From Parvularculaceae bacterium (GTDB lineage Bacteria > Pseudomonadota > Alphaproteobacteria > Caulobacterales > Parvularculaceae): 64,000 nt of DNA. A model generated the notes under the pieces. It had not been told where the DNA came from. It did not search any database and saw only the letters and a list, made by a program, of their open reading frames with translations. Within the stretch, counting starts at the first letter, position 1. Every line of letters starts with the position of its first letter. A program made the translations under genes and the position numbers. This document shows, in pieces, positions 51,722 to 60,551 of this stretch. Where the stretch lies: positions 2,999 to 66,998 of the forward strand of contig JBGSLM010000197.1 in the NCBI GenBank assembly GCA_041740755.1, written 5' to 3'.

Positions 51722-51877
51722 AAAATTTCTCCATTGCCGTCATGCAAATTACCGCTTTCGCCGTGAACCGGGCAAGTCGTCGCCGGAACGGCCGACGGAA
51801 ATCGATACACTGCGTTGAATGATTGAAAGCGGGAGCCCATTGCGCCGATAGTGCCGCGGACTTCGAAGGAGACCGAA

Positions 51878-52942
51878 ATGGCAGGAATTCTTAAATGGAT
51901 TGGCGCTGGCGCGTTCGCGGCGATTGCGCTGAGTGCGATCGCCATGCGGATTCCAGCCGTCGAAGACCGTCTCTTCGAAAGAGCTCTCGATATCGGCTTT
52001 TCCAAGCGTTCCGCCGCACTCTGGGAAAGCGACGGTCTCAACGTATTTTTTTGCGGCACCGGATCGCCATTGCCGTCGAAGAAAAGGGCGCAAAACTGCA
52101 CAGCGGTTTTTGCGGGCGGACGATATTTTCTCGTCGATTCCGGCACCGGCAGCTGGGAGAATGTGCAGGGCGCAGGGATTCCGGGCGAACTTCTTGCCGG
52201 CGTTTTGCTCACTCATCTTCACTCTGATCATATCGGCGATATCGGCGAGGCGGACCTTGGCTCATGGGTTGGCGGGCGCGCCGCGCCGTTGGCGATATAC
52301 GGGCCGACGGGCGTCGAGCGCATCGTCGGCGGGCTCAACGAGGAGTTCGCACTCGATCACACCTATCGGACGGCACACCATGGCAAAGGTGTCGCTGAAC
52401 CGCGCACCGCCGGTCTTGCGGCTGTCGTCTTTGACGGTTCGGCGCCGACTGTCGTTCTCGACGAAGGCGGGCTGAAGGTGACGGCTTTTCCTGTGCTGCA
52501 TAAGCCGGTCACGCCTGCGGTCGGATACCGGTTCGATTATCAGGGGCGAAGCGTCGTTATTTCTGGCGATACGACCTATTCGCCGGGCCTTATCGAGGCT
52601 GCAAGGGATGCCGATCTCCTCATTCACGAAGCGCAGGCGAACCATATGCTTGCGAAAATGCAGGCCGCGTCGGCAAAGGCCGGGAACGCCCGTGTCGCCA
52701 AAATTTTTGGCGATATTCCAGATTATCATACGAGTCCGGAAGAAGCGGCGCGCGCGGCGAACGAGGCGGGCGCTGACTGGCTTCTTCTGTCGCATCTGAC
52801 GCCGGCGCCCGATAATGCAATCGCAAAGCGCATTTTCATGCGTGGCGTTTCGAAGGTGAGAAAATCCAACGTTCGAATGGCTGAAGATGGTTTGGCGGTG
52901 ATGCTCCCGGCAAGCGGCGGCGTCGCTTTCGCGTCCTACTGA
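51878..52942 (+). CDS. MBL-fold hydrolase (RNase Z / arylsulfatase AtsA-like)
   Basis: CGTGSP, THLHSDH, SGDT, HEA, YHTS and SHL. N-terminal TM. Confidence 0.9.
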   Translation: MAGILKWIGAGAFAAIALSAIAMRIPAVEDRLFERALDIGFSKRSAALWESDGLNVFFCGTGSPLPSKKRAQNCTAVFAGGRYFLVDSGTGSWENVQGAGIPGELLAGVLLTHLHSDHIGDIGEADLGSWVGGRAAPLAIYGPTGVERIVGGLNEEFALDHTYRTAHHGKGVAEPRTAGLAAVVFDGSAPTVVLDEGGLKVTAFPVLHKPVTPAVGYRFDYQGRSVVISGDTTYSPGLIEAARDADLLIHEAQANHMLAKMQAASAKAGNARVAKIFGDIPDYHTSPEEAARAANEAGADWLLLSHLTPAPDNAIAKRIFMRGVSKVRKSNVRMAEDGLAVMLPASGGVAFASY

Positions 52943-52957
52943 GAAAGAGAGACCACA

Positions 52958-53794
52958 ATGTATAAATCGGTGCTTGTCACCGGCGCATCGAGCGGCATCG
53001 GCGAAGCTACGGCGCTTCATCTGGCGCACAAGGGTTTCAAAGTTTTCGCCGGCGCGCGGCGTCTCGACAAACTGACGACGCTGGCCGCATTGGGCGGCGA
53101 TCGCATTTCGCCCATACTACTTGATGTGACCGATGGGGCGTCGATTGCGTCGGCGATGGCGGAAATTTCAAGATCTGGCGCGCCGCTCTTTGGGCTGGTC
53201 AACAATGCGGGGATTTCAGTGACGGGCCCCGTTGAAGAAGTGAAATTGACCGAATGGCGGAGGCAGTTCGAGACGAATGTTTTCGGCGCCGTCGCCATGG
53301 CGCAGGCGGTGTTGCCGCAAATGCGTGCGGCTGGCGAAGGGCGCATCGTCAATATCGGTTCTGTCGCCGGGCGCATTGTCGCGCCGTTCATGGGCGCGTA
53401 TGGCGCCTCAAAACATGCGCTTGAGGGATTGAACGATGCGCTCCGCCGTGAAACGCGCCAATTTGGAATAAAGGTCAGCCTTGTTCGTCCGGGGTTCATC
53501 AACACGCCCTTCGGAGAGCAGGAACAGGAAGGATTTGGGCGCGTCGCTGAAGGCGGCGGGCCGTATGCGAAAATGGCCGCCGCCTTCAAAGCCTGGCATG
53601 CGGAGGGTCATCCGTCCGGCGCATCGCCGAACGAAGCGGCGGATATTGTTTTTCATGCGCTTACCGCGTCAAGACCCCACTCGCGTTACACGGCGCCGAT
53701 GCGCTATATCGGGGCGATCATTATGCGCAACACCATGCCTTCATTCGTCACCGATCGCGTGTTCGAACGCGTGACGGGTCTCGACAGACTTTAG
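52958..53794 (+). CDS. SDR family oxidoreductase
   Basis: TGASSGIG, NNAG and YGASK. Confidence 0.93.
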   Translation: MYKSVLVTGASSGIGEATALHLAHKGFKVFAGARRLDKLTTLAALGGDRISPILLDVTDGASIASAMAEISRSGAPLFGLVNNAGISVTGPVEEVKLTEWRRQFETNVFGAVAMAQAVLPQMRAAGEGRIVNIGSVAGRIVAPFMGAYGASKHALEGLNDALRRETRQFGIKVSLVRPGFINTPFGEQEQEGFGRVAEGGGPYAKMAAAFKAWHAEGHPSGASPNEAADIVFHALTASRPHSRYTAPMRYIGAIIMRNTMPSFVTDRVFERVTGLDRL

Positions 53795-53805
53795 CAGGAG
53801 CGACC

Positions 53806-54222
53806 ATGAGTAAACATATCGACCCGCGCCGCGACCAATTCGCCGCCTTCGCCAAATTGCCGGACGAAAGTCCGATCTTAATGCTCAATCTCATTCGCCT
53901 ACGGAAGAATGCGAAATACGAGGATGGCCGTGAAGCGACCGGCGCTGAAGCATATGCGGAGTACGGTCGAATGAGCGAACCCTTCTTCAAGGGCGTCGGC
54001 GGCAAGATCGTCTGGTCGGGAAAGCCGCAGGCCGTGCTGATCGGACCGGACGACGAGCACTGGGATCTGGCGTTCATCGCCGAATATCCGAGCGCTGCGG
54101 CCTTCATCGAAATGGTCAAAAATCCGGGCTATCAGGCGATCGTGCATCATCGGCAGGCGGCGGTGAAAACATCGCGCCTGATCAGAATGAAGCCCGGCTC
54201 GCCTGGAAAGTTGTTCGGATAG
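53806..54222 (+). CDS. DUF1330 family protein
   Basis: MLNLIR, TGAEAYAEYG, WD..IAEYPS and YQAIVHHRQAA. Confidence 0.85.
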   Translation: MSKHIDPRRDQFAAFAKLPDESPILMLNLIRLRKNAKYEDGREATGAEAYAEYGRMSEPFFKGVGGKIVWSGKPQAVLIGPDDEHWDLAFIAEYPSAAAFIEMVKNPGYQAIVHHRQAAVKTSRLIRMKPGSPGKLFG

Positions 54223-54413
54223 TGCGCGGCGCAGGACAGGCGCGAGATCATTAACCCACACCTTGCTCAGCGCGCCCCTCGCCACGGCTTCAAAAGGGGG
54301 CCGGGCCCGCCTGCCGGATTAGGGTCCGGGCCTTGTTCCTGCGCCCTGATTGCGGCTAGTTAGCCAGCGGCGGTCCGACCTTCCCCCGGCCGAAGATTTT
54401 GCAAGGATTTTCA

Positions 54414-55832
54414 ATGCCGACCCCGATCCTGATGCCCGCATTGTCCCCCACCATGGAAGAGGGGACGCTCGCAAAATGGAAAGTGAAAGAGGGAGACAAA
54501 GTCTCCTCCGGGGATGTGATCGCCGAAATTGAAACCGACAAGGCGACGATGGAAGTCGAGGCGGTCGACGAGGGGATTCTCGGAAAGATCCTCATTCCCG
54601 CCGGCACCGAGAACGTAAAGGTCAACGAAACGATTGCGATCCTTCTCGCCGATGGCGAAAGCGTCGGCGATACGAAGCCGAACGGCAAGACATCCTTGAA
54701 GACGCCCGCTGCGCGGGTTCCTCAAGCTGAGGACCGGGGCTTACCGCAACAGGAGATCCCTCATCCTGAGGTGCGCCCGCAGGGCGCCTCGAATGATCGG
54801 CCGCAAGCTCGGGCGGCGAACGACCCAGATCTCCCCGCCGGCGTCGAAATGATTCCGACGACGATCCGCGACGCGCTTCGCGATGCGATGGCGGAAGAAA
54901 TGCGGCGTGATCCGGATGTGTTTTTGATGGGCGAGGAAGTCGCCCAGTATCAAGGCGCATACAAAGTGTCGCGCGGCCTTCTCGACGAATTCGGACCAGA
55001 CCGCGTCATCGATACGCCGATCACGGAATATGGATTTGCAGGCCTTGGCGTCGGCGCTGCGTTCGCCGGATTGAAACCGATCGTCGAATTCATGACGTGG
55101 AACTTCGCGATGCAGGCGATCGACCACATCATTAATTCGGCGGCCAAGACGCGCTATATGTCGGGCGGCCAGATGGGTTCGCAGATCGTATTTCGCGGGC
55201 CCAACGCCGCAGCAAGCCGCGTCGCCGCCCAGCACAGTCAGGATTACGCCGGCTGGTATTCGAATATTCCGGGCCTCATCGTCATCGCGCCCTTTACGGC
55301 GGCGGATGCCAAAGGGCTCTTAAAAGCTGCAATCCGCGATCCAAATCCCGTCGTCTTTCTCGAACACGAACTTCTCTACGGCGATATGATGGACGTGCCG
55401 AAGGTCGACGACTGGATCGTGCCGATCGGCAAAGCGCGGGTCGCGCGCGAGGGCGCCGATGTCACCATCGTCTCCTATTCGCGCGGCGTTAAATTCGCGC
55501 TCGAAGCCGCCGGCAAACTCGCCGACGAAGGAATCTCGGCGGAGGTCATCGACCTTAGAACGCTGCGCCCGATGGATACGGCGACGGTCATCGCGTCGGT
55601 GAAGAAGACCAACCGTGTCGTGACCGTCGAAGAAGGATGGGCCCCCTGCGGCGTCGGCGCCGAGATCGGCTGGCAGGTGACGCAGCACGCCTTCGATTAT
55701 CTCGACGCGCCGCCTGCGCGCGTGACGCAGGAAGACGTGCCGCTTCCCTATGCGGCGAACCTGGAAGTGCTGAGCCTTCCGAACGCGGAGAAGATCGTGC
55801 GCGCGGTGAAGGCCGTGATGTATAGGGAATGA
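54414..55832 (+). CDS. pdhB: pyruvate dehydrogenase E1 beta subunit with N-terminal lipoyl domain
   Basis: [19 protein letters not shown] lipoyl domain, [29 protein letters not shown] and AAQHSQ. Confidence 0.96.
   Translation: MPTPILMPALSPTMEEGTLAKWKVKEGDKVSSGDVIAEIETDKATMEVEAVDEGILGKILIPAGTENVKVNETIAILLADGESVGDTKPNGKTSLKTPAARVPQAEDRGLPQQEIPHPEVRPQGASNDRPQARAANDPDLPAGVEMIPTTIRDALRDAMAEEMRRDPDVFLMGEEVAQYQGAYKVSRGLLDEFGPDRVIDTPITEYGFAGLGVGAAFAGLKPIVEFMTWNFAMQAIDHIINSAAKTRYMSGGQMGSQIVFRGPNAAASRVAAQHSQDYAGWYSNIPGLIVIAPFTAADAKGLLKAAIRDPNPVVFLEHELLYGDMMDVPKVDDWIVPIGKARVAREGADVTIVSYSRGVKFALEAAGKLADEGISAEVIDLRTLRPMDTATVIASVKKTNRVVTVEEGWAPCGVGAEIGWQVTQHAFDYLDAPPARVTQEDVPLPYAANLEVLSLPNAEKIVRAVKAVMYRE
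54691..54797. repeat. palindromic repeat doublet inserted in frame in the pdhB linker
   Basis: CATCCTTGAAGACG..GTTCCTCAAGCTGAGG, then CCTCATCCTGAGG..CGCCTCGAATGAT as imperfect inverted arms. Confidence 0.75.
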
Positions 55833-55846
55833 TCAAGAGGGGGGGG

Positions 55847-56296
55847 ATGGCATTGCGTTTCTATTTGACAACAAATGGCAGGATTTCGCGAAAGGCGAAT
55901 TGGCTTGCGGTGATTTTGCCATTGGTTCTCGTGACGGCGGCGACTGGTATCGCAGACTCTCTTTTCTTCTCAAAGTCGGAGCTGATTTTTCTTGGTCAGG
56001 TGTATTCGCCAATCAGCGCGGTCGTCACCGCTCTAGTCGCATGGCCAAGCATAGCTACTTCGATTCGGCGATTTCATGATCTCAACATGACGGGCTGGTG
56101 GGCGGCGCTGATGATTCCGCTTTATTGGCTGCCTGATTTCACCGCGTACTTCAATAAATCCCTCGTCGAACAAGCTGTCATCATTGGATGGGCGATTTGC
56201 GCCTTTGTTTGCGTGCTTCTTGGGCTCGCACAACTTTTCGTACGCGGCACAATTGGGCCAAATAGATTTGGACATGATCCAATCGAGTCCAATTAG
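55847..56296 (+). CDS. DUF805 membrane protein
   Basis: GRISRK..W, IRRFHDLNMTGWW and GTIGPNRFG. Confidence 0.9.
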   Translation: MALRFYLTTNGRISRKANWLAVILPLVLVTAATGIADSLFFSKSELIFLGQVYSPISAVVTALVAWPSIATSIRRFHDLNMTGWWAALMIPLYWLPDFTAYFNKSLVEQAVIIGWAICAFVCVLLGLAQLFVRGTIGPNRFGHDPIESN

Positions 56297-56746
56297 ATGC
56301 TCTATTCCGGCCAATGCCATTGCGGGAAACTGAAAGCGTCCTTTGAGACGCGAAAGTCGCCGCAGCAGCTTGGCGTCAGAACCTGTCAGTGCGATTTCTG
56401 CCGCCGCGTCGGCGCGATCAATATTTCGGACGAAGAGGGTGAGGTTGTCGTTGACGCAAAAGCTGACGATGTCGTGCGTTATCGATTCGCGCTGCGCACA
56501 GCCGATTTCCTTATCTGCCGCCATTGCGGGGTCTATATCGCAGCGGTGACAGGTGAGGGCGCAAACATCCGCTCGACCGTCAACGTCGCGGGCCTTCGTA
56601 TGGTTGAGTTTCTCTCGGTTGAGGAAGCGCCGATGCAATACGGCGCGGAGACTGCCGAAACGCGAGTATCGCGGCGCGCCGTCAAATGGACGCCGACTCG
56701 GTTTACGGACGCCGCTCTTGCCGCTTCGTATTTCGGTCCGCATTGA
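56297..56746 (+). CDS. GFA / CENP-V family Zn protein
   Basis: GQCHCG, CQCDFCRR and CRHCG. Confidence 0.88.
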   Translation: MLYSGQCHCGKLKASFETRKSPQQLGVRTCQCDFCRRVGAINISDEEGEVVVDAKADDVVRYRFALRTADFLICRHCGVYIAAVTGEGANIRSTVNVAGLRMVEFLSVEEAPMQYGAETAETRVSRRAVKWTPTRFTDAALAASYFGPH

Positions 56747-56775
56747 ATGTTGAGGGAATGAATCTGCTGCTCGAT

Positions 56776-56966
56776 CCGCTCATCTGCGCTAAAACCGGAC
56801 GATCGCCTGTCACCCTGGTCGTCATTCCGGGGCCGCCGAAGGCGGAACCCGGAATCCATGGCTCAGCTTTCGCGCGCGGAAAGATGGACCCCGGGTTCGC
56901 GACTGCGTCGCGCCCCGGGGTGACGCAAGCCATGTGCGACCTCCCGGCTTTCGCGAGAATGAGCGG
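56776..56966. repeat. nested palindromic elements
   Basis: Outer arms CCGCTCAT..CCGGACGATCGC and GCGACCTCCCGGCTTTCGCGAGAATGAGCGG are related to the 50375 element. Inner doublet GTCATTCCGGGGC..AACCCGGAATCCAT / ATGGACCCCGGGTT..GCCCCGGGGTGAC spans 56821-56924. Confidence 0.82.
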
Positions 56967-57011
56967 CGTGTATGATGCTGCGGCCAAATCAACTGACAAA
57001 CGGAAACGCCC

Positions 57012-58343
57012 ATGCCGACGCCAATCCTGATGCCTGCGCTTTCTCCGACGATGGAAGAGGGAACGCTCGCCAAGTGGAACGTAAAGGAGGGGGACAAGGT
57101 CACCTCCGGCGACATCATCGCTGAAATCGAAACCGACAAGGCGACGATGGAAGTCGAAGCGGTCGATGAAGGCATTGTCGGTAAAATCGTCATCCCGGCT
57201 GGCACGGAAAATGTGAAGGTCAACGCGACGATTGCGATACTTCTCGGCGACGGGGAGAGCGCTTCATCCTTCGAGGCCGCGCCAAAGGGCGCGGCTCCTC
57301 AGGATGAGGGACGGAGTGCGTCGCAGTCAAAGAGTGAGGGTCTACAGGGCGCTGAAAAACTGTCGCTGCAAATTGCAGATACTCATCCTGAGGCGCCAGT
57401 GGAGCGAACCTCAAAGGATGTGCGGCAGGCGAACGGCCGCATTCATGCGTCGCCGCTTGCAAAGCGCCTCGCAAAAAATTCCGGGCTGGACCTGTCATCG
57501 ATCGCTGGAACGGGTCCGCATGGGCGCATCGTAAAGCGCGATATTGAAGCGGCGCCCAAGAGCAGCGTCGCTAAGGCCGCGCCTGCTGCAACGCCGTTTG
57601 CGCCTTCGCCCGCCTCGGTCGATCCGCGCCTCTATCCGGCCGACAGCTATACGGCGGTCAAGCTCGACGGCATGCGCAAAGTGATCGCGCGGCGGTTGAC
57701 GCAATCCTTCAACAATGAAGTCCCGCATTTTCCGCTCAATATCGACATCGAGCTGACGAAACTTCTAGAAGCGCGCGCGGCGCTGAACGCTGCGTCGCCA
57801 AAGGATGGCGAGGGCGCCTACAAGCTTTCCGTCAATGATTTTGTCCTCAAGGCTTCGGCGATGGCGCTGAAGAAGGTTCCAAACGCCAATGCAACCTATA
57901 CGGATGAGGCGATCTTGCTGCACAAGCACGCCGATATCGGCGTCGCGGTTTCAATCGACGGCGGGCTTATCACGCCGATCGTCTGGAAGGCGGAAACGAA
58001 GGGCCTGAAACAGATTTCCGCCGAAGTGAAGGACATGGCGGCGCGCGCCCGCGCGAAAAAGCTAAAGCCCGAGGAATATCAGGGCGGCACGTTTTCTGTC
58101 TCCAACCTCGGAATGTTCGGGATCACGTCCTTCGCCTCGATCGTCAACCAGCCGCATGGGGCGATCATGTCGGTCGGCGCGGGCGAAGAACGCGCGGTCG
58201 TTCGCGGCGGACAGATTGTCATTCGCACCATGATGACGGTGACGTTGACCTGCGATCACCGCGTCGTCGACGGCGCGGTCGGCGCGGAATTCCTTGGCGC
58301 ATTCAAGCAGTTTATCGAGGAACCGGCGTCGATGCTGCTATAA
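57012..58343 (+). CDS. pdhC: pyruvate dehydrogenase E2 dihydrolipoamide acetyltransferase
   Basis: Lipoyl domain, [22 protein letters not shown]3-binding domain and catalytic DHRVVDG. Confidence 0.96.
   Translation: MPTPILMPALSPTMEEGTLAKWNVKEGDKVTSGDIIAEIETDKATMEVEAVDEGIVGKIVIPAGTENVKVNATIAILLGDGESASSFEAAPKGAAPQDEGRSASQSKSEGLQGAEKLSLQIADTHPEAPVERTSKDVRQANGRIHASPLAKRLAKNSGLDLSSIAGTGPHGRIVKRDIEAAPKSSVAKAAPAATPFAPSPASVDPRLYPADSYTAVKLDGMRKVIARRLTQSFNNEVPHFPLNIDIELTKLLEARAALNAASPKDGEGAYKLSVNDFVLKASAMALKKVPNANATYTDEAILLHKHADIGVAVSIDGGLITPIVWKAETKGLKQISAEVKDMAARARAKKLKPEEYQGGTFSVSNLGMFGITSFASIVNQPHGAIMSVGAGEERAVVRGGQIVIRTMMTVTLTCDHRVVDGAVGAEFLGAFKQFIEEPASMLL
57265..57420. repeat. palindromic repeat doublet inserted in frame in the pdhC linker
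   Basis: CATCCTTCGAGGCCGCGCC-aaag-GGCGCGGCTCCTCAGGATGAGG, then CTCATCCTGAGGCG..CCTCAAAGGATG. Confidence 0.85.
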
Positions 58344-58357
58344 GGAGCAGGGATGTC

Positions 58358-58816
58358 ATGAAGCAGAAACCAAGCATGCGTCTTTCGCTGATGTTCGCCG
58401 CGATCATGGCGCTCGCTGCGCCGGCGAACGCTGCGACACTGGAAGTGTCGCCGATTCAGCTAGGCGATCGCCACTGCACGGAGGTCTGGAGCAAGCCGCC
58501 CCAATCGGAGCCGCGTAACAAGATATACGTGACGACTGACCTCAGCGATGCGGGCCGGGACAGTCTCAAAGCGGCATGCGCAGCGCGCGGCGGGGTTTAT
58601 TCTCCGGGCAAATGTCCAAGGCAGGATATTGTGCTTGTTTGTCAGGCGCAGTCGCGGAATGCGGTGACAAACGTCATCCTCTATCAAGGATCGGCGGATG
58701 AGGGCGCGCTTGCGGCGGCGTGTCCTTCAGGAAGCCGATTTTCAGGGAAAGGCGCGTGGTATGCGCTGCGCACCCGGCCGGGCCGCCAAATATGGGCGTC
58801 TTGCACCGTACCGTGA
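58358..58816 (+). CDS. small exported Cys-rich hypothetical protein
   Basis: RBS aaggag, signal peptide (..APANA|AT), six Cys. Stop overlaps the next start (GTGA). Confidence 0.7.
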   Translation: MKQKPSMRLSLMFAAIMALAAPANAATLEVSPIQLGDRHCTEVWSKPPQSEPRNKIYVTTDLSDAGRDSLKAACAARGGVYSPGKCPRQDIVLVCQAQSRNAVTNVILYQGSADEGALAAACPSGSRFSGKGAWYALRTRPGRQIWASCTVP

Positions 58817-59640
58817 CGCAGACCGACAAAACCCTAACGCCGCGCCAGTTGCGCGAAATGGATTATCATCGCGACTACGCGGCGCGAAAAGGGGCGGAGC
58901 GGCTCAGTCCTGTCAATTTCGATGTGATCGAGGACGGTAAGCGCCGCCCGCAGAACGCCTTCTGGTCCGCCTATGACCGCATTCTTGCGCGCGACATCAA
59001 AGGCAGCCGCGTCCTCGTGCCGGGTTGCGGCTTTGGCGAAGATGCGATCCGGCTTGCGCGCCTCGGCGCCAAAGTAGAGGCCTTCGACATTTCACCCGAT
59101 GTTCTCGAAGTGGCGCGCCGCCGCTGCGCCGAGTTCGGCTATAGCGGCGTCAATTTCAGCGTTATGCCGTGCGAGGCGCTGAATTTTCCGGATAATTCCT
59201 TCGATCTCGTCTTCTACATCGACATTTTGCACCACGTCGATATCCCAAAATCGGTCGCCGAGATTGTGCGCGTGCTGAAACCCGGCGGGCGCATTGTCGG
59301 CAATGAACTTTATACCCACGGTTTCGTCCAGAAACACATTCGGGAGAGCTGGTTGGTCGAAAAGTTCCTGTATGGCGCGATGAAGAAATTCATCTATGGC
59401 GACGACAAACCATACATCACGGCGGACGAGCACAAGATCGACGAAGCGGAATTTGCAAACATTGAATCTGCTTGCGCCGAATTCGAGACCGACTGGTTTA
59501 ACGCCTTTGTCGGCCGTGTGATTCCAGACCGCATTCCGCTGGCTTCGAAGATCGACCGGTCGGTCATGAAATTGCTGGCGAAGGGCGGCCGCTTTGCGGC
59601 GGGGCGCGTCGTGTTTGAAGGCGTAGTCTCCAAGTCGTGA
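58813..59640 (+). CDS. class I SAM-dependent methyltransferase
   Basis: VLVPGCGFG, FDISP, FPDNSFD, ILHH and RVLKPGG. GTG start at 58813. Confidence 0.9.
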   Translation: MTQTDKTLTPRQLREMDYHRDYAARKGAERLSPVNFDVIEDGKRRPQNAFWSAYDRILARDIKGSRVLVPGCGFGEDAIRLARLGAKVEAFDISPDVLEVARRRCAEFGYSGVNFSVMPCEALNFPDNSFDLVFYIDILHHVDIPKSVAEIVRVLKPGGRIVGNELYTHGFVQKHIRESWLVEKFLYGAMKKFIYGDDKPYITADEHKIDEAEFANIESACAEFETDWFNAFVGRVIPDRIPLASKIDRSVMKLLAKGGRFAAGRVVFEGVVSKS

Positions 59641-59873
59641 CGGGCGCAGCTTTTTCCGCAGTTGGCGCGGGCCAGGCGATTACCGGCGCAAACGCTCGCG
59701 CGTGAAGGCCTGCGGCATCCACGCGGAGAAAAAAATATTCACTTGTCAAAGAGCCGCGCCGCGCAAACCTGACGATCTGCGCGACCGACCGGATATGGGC
59801 GCGCAGCGCGGCCGTTCAAGCGTTCATTTTGGAGAAAATGCGAAGCGAAATTCGCTCATTTGGCGAATGAGAG

Positions 59874-60179
59874 TCAGCGCGCGTTTGCACGCTTTTGCGG
59901 CGCCGGCGCTTCTTCATCCCCGGAATGGTCGTAATCTGAAACGCGCAGCCGCTTTGCAATCCACTCAGGCAGCCGCTTTTCGAGTCCGTGCATCGCTTTG
60001 TCGAACCAGCGCCAGCGCTTGCGCAGCCATCTGACCTCCGCGGGAGCCACCGATGCGAACAGCAAAAATCCAACTGCGACGATTACGAAGCCGAACGGGA
60101 TCGGGGATATTGTGACGATAAGACCGAAGCCGATCAAAAGCAGCGCGAATGCCGTGACGGCGATACGAAACACGATCAT
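59874..60179 (-). CDS. small membrane protein (2 TM, SPIPFG turn, RKRWRWFD)
   Basis: Hydrophobic hairpin plus amphipathic basic tail. Paralog of the adjacent gene. Confidence 0.72.
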   Translation of the reverse strand: MIVFRIAVTAFALLLIGFGLIVTISPIPFGFVIVAVGFLLFASVAPAEVRWLRKRWRWFDKAMHGLEKRLPEWIAKRLRVSDYDHSGDEEAPAPQKRANAR

Positions 60180-60487
60180 TTTACAGCTTCCTGTGATTTT
60201 GCCGGCGCGGTTTCCGCTTCGACTGAGCGGACGCTCTGCGGCCCGCGTTTGCCCACCAGCCTAACCAGCTGATCGAACCAGCGCCAGCGTTTGCGCATCC
60301 GACGGATGGCCGGGCGTGCTGCCGGGTTTGCAGCGGCGATCAACAATACGCCCATAATGACGAGCGGGGCGCCGGCGGGAAGGGGCGAAAAAGCTGCAAT
60401 CATGCCATAGGCGAACAGCACGAAGCCGACGAGCGACGTTGCGATGCGCGCGGCGATCACCCGTAGCGAAAAACTGTGCCGCGCCAT
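60176..60487 (-). CDS. small membrane protein (2 TM, SPLPAG turn, RKRWRWFD)
   Basis: Same architecture and motif as 59874-60179. 4-bp overlap with it. Confidence 0.72.
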   Translation of the reverse strand: MARHSFSLRVIAARIATSLVGFVLFAYGMIAAFSPLPAGAPLVIMGVLLIAAANPAARPAIRRMRKRWRWFDQLVRLVGKRGPQSVRSVEAETAPAKSQEAVK

Positions 60488-60551
60488 CGAAATAAACTCC
60501 CGCTTCTATCCTAGCGTAGCTTGCGGGGAAGGCGAAATCGCAGCCCTCCGG

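Noticed and set aside
56686-57030. ORFs across the GFA-pdhC gap
   Set aside because: They are translations of the palindromic repeats (VIPGPPKAEPGIH), with no RBS or coding signal.
54414-57260. Near-identical N-termini of pdhB and pdhC as a misassembly or novel duplication
   Set aside because: A lipoyl domain on E1-beta is a known alphaproteobacterial trait, and the two copies differ at many synonymous sites.
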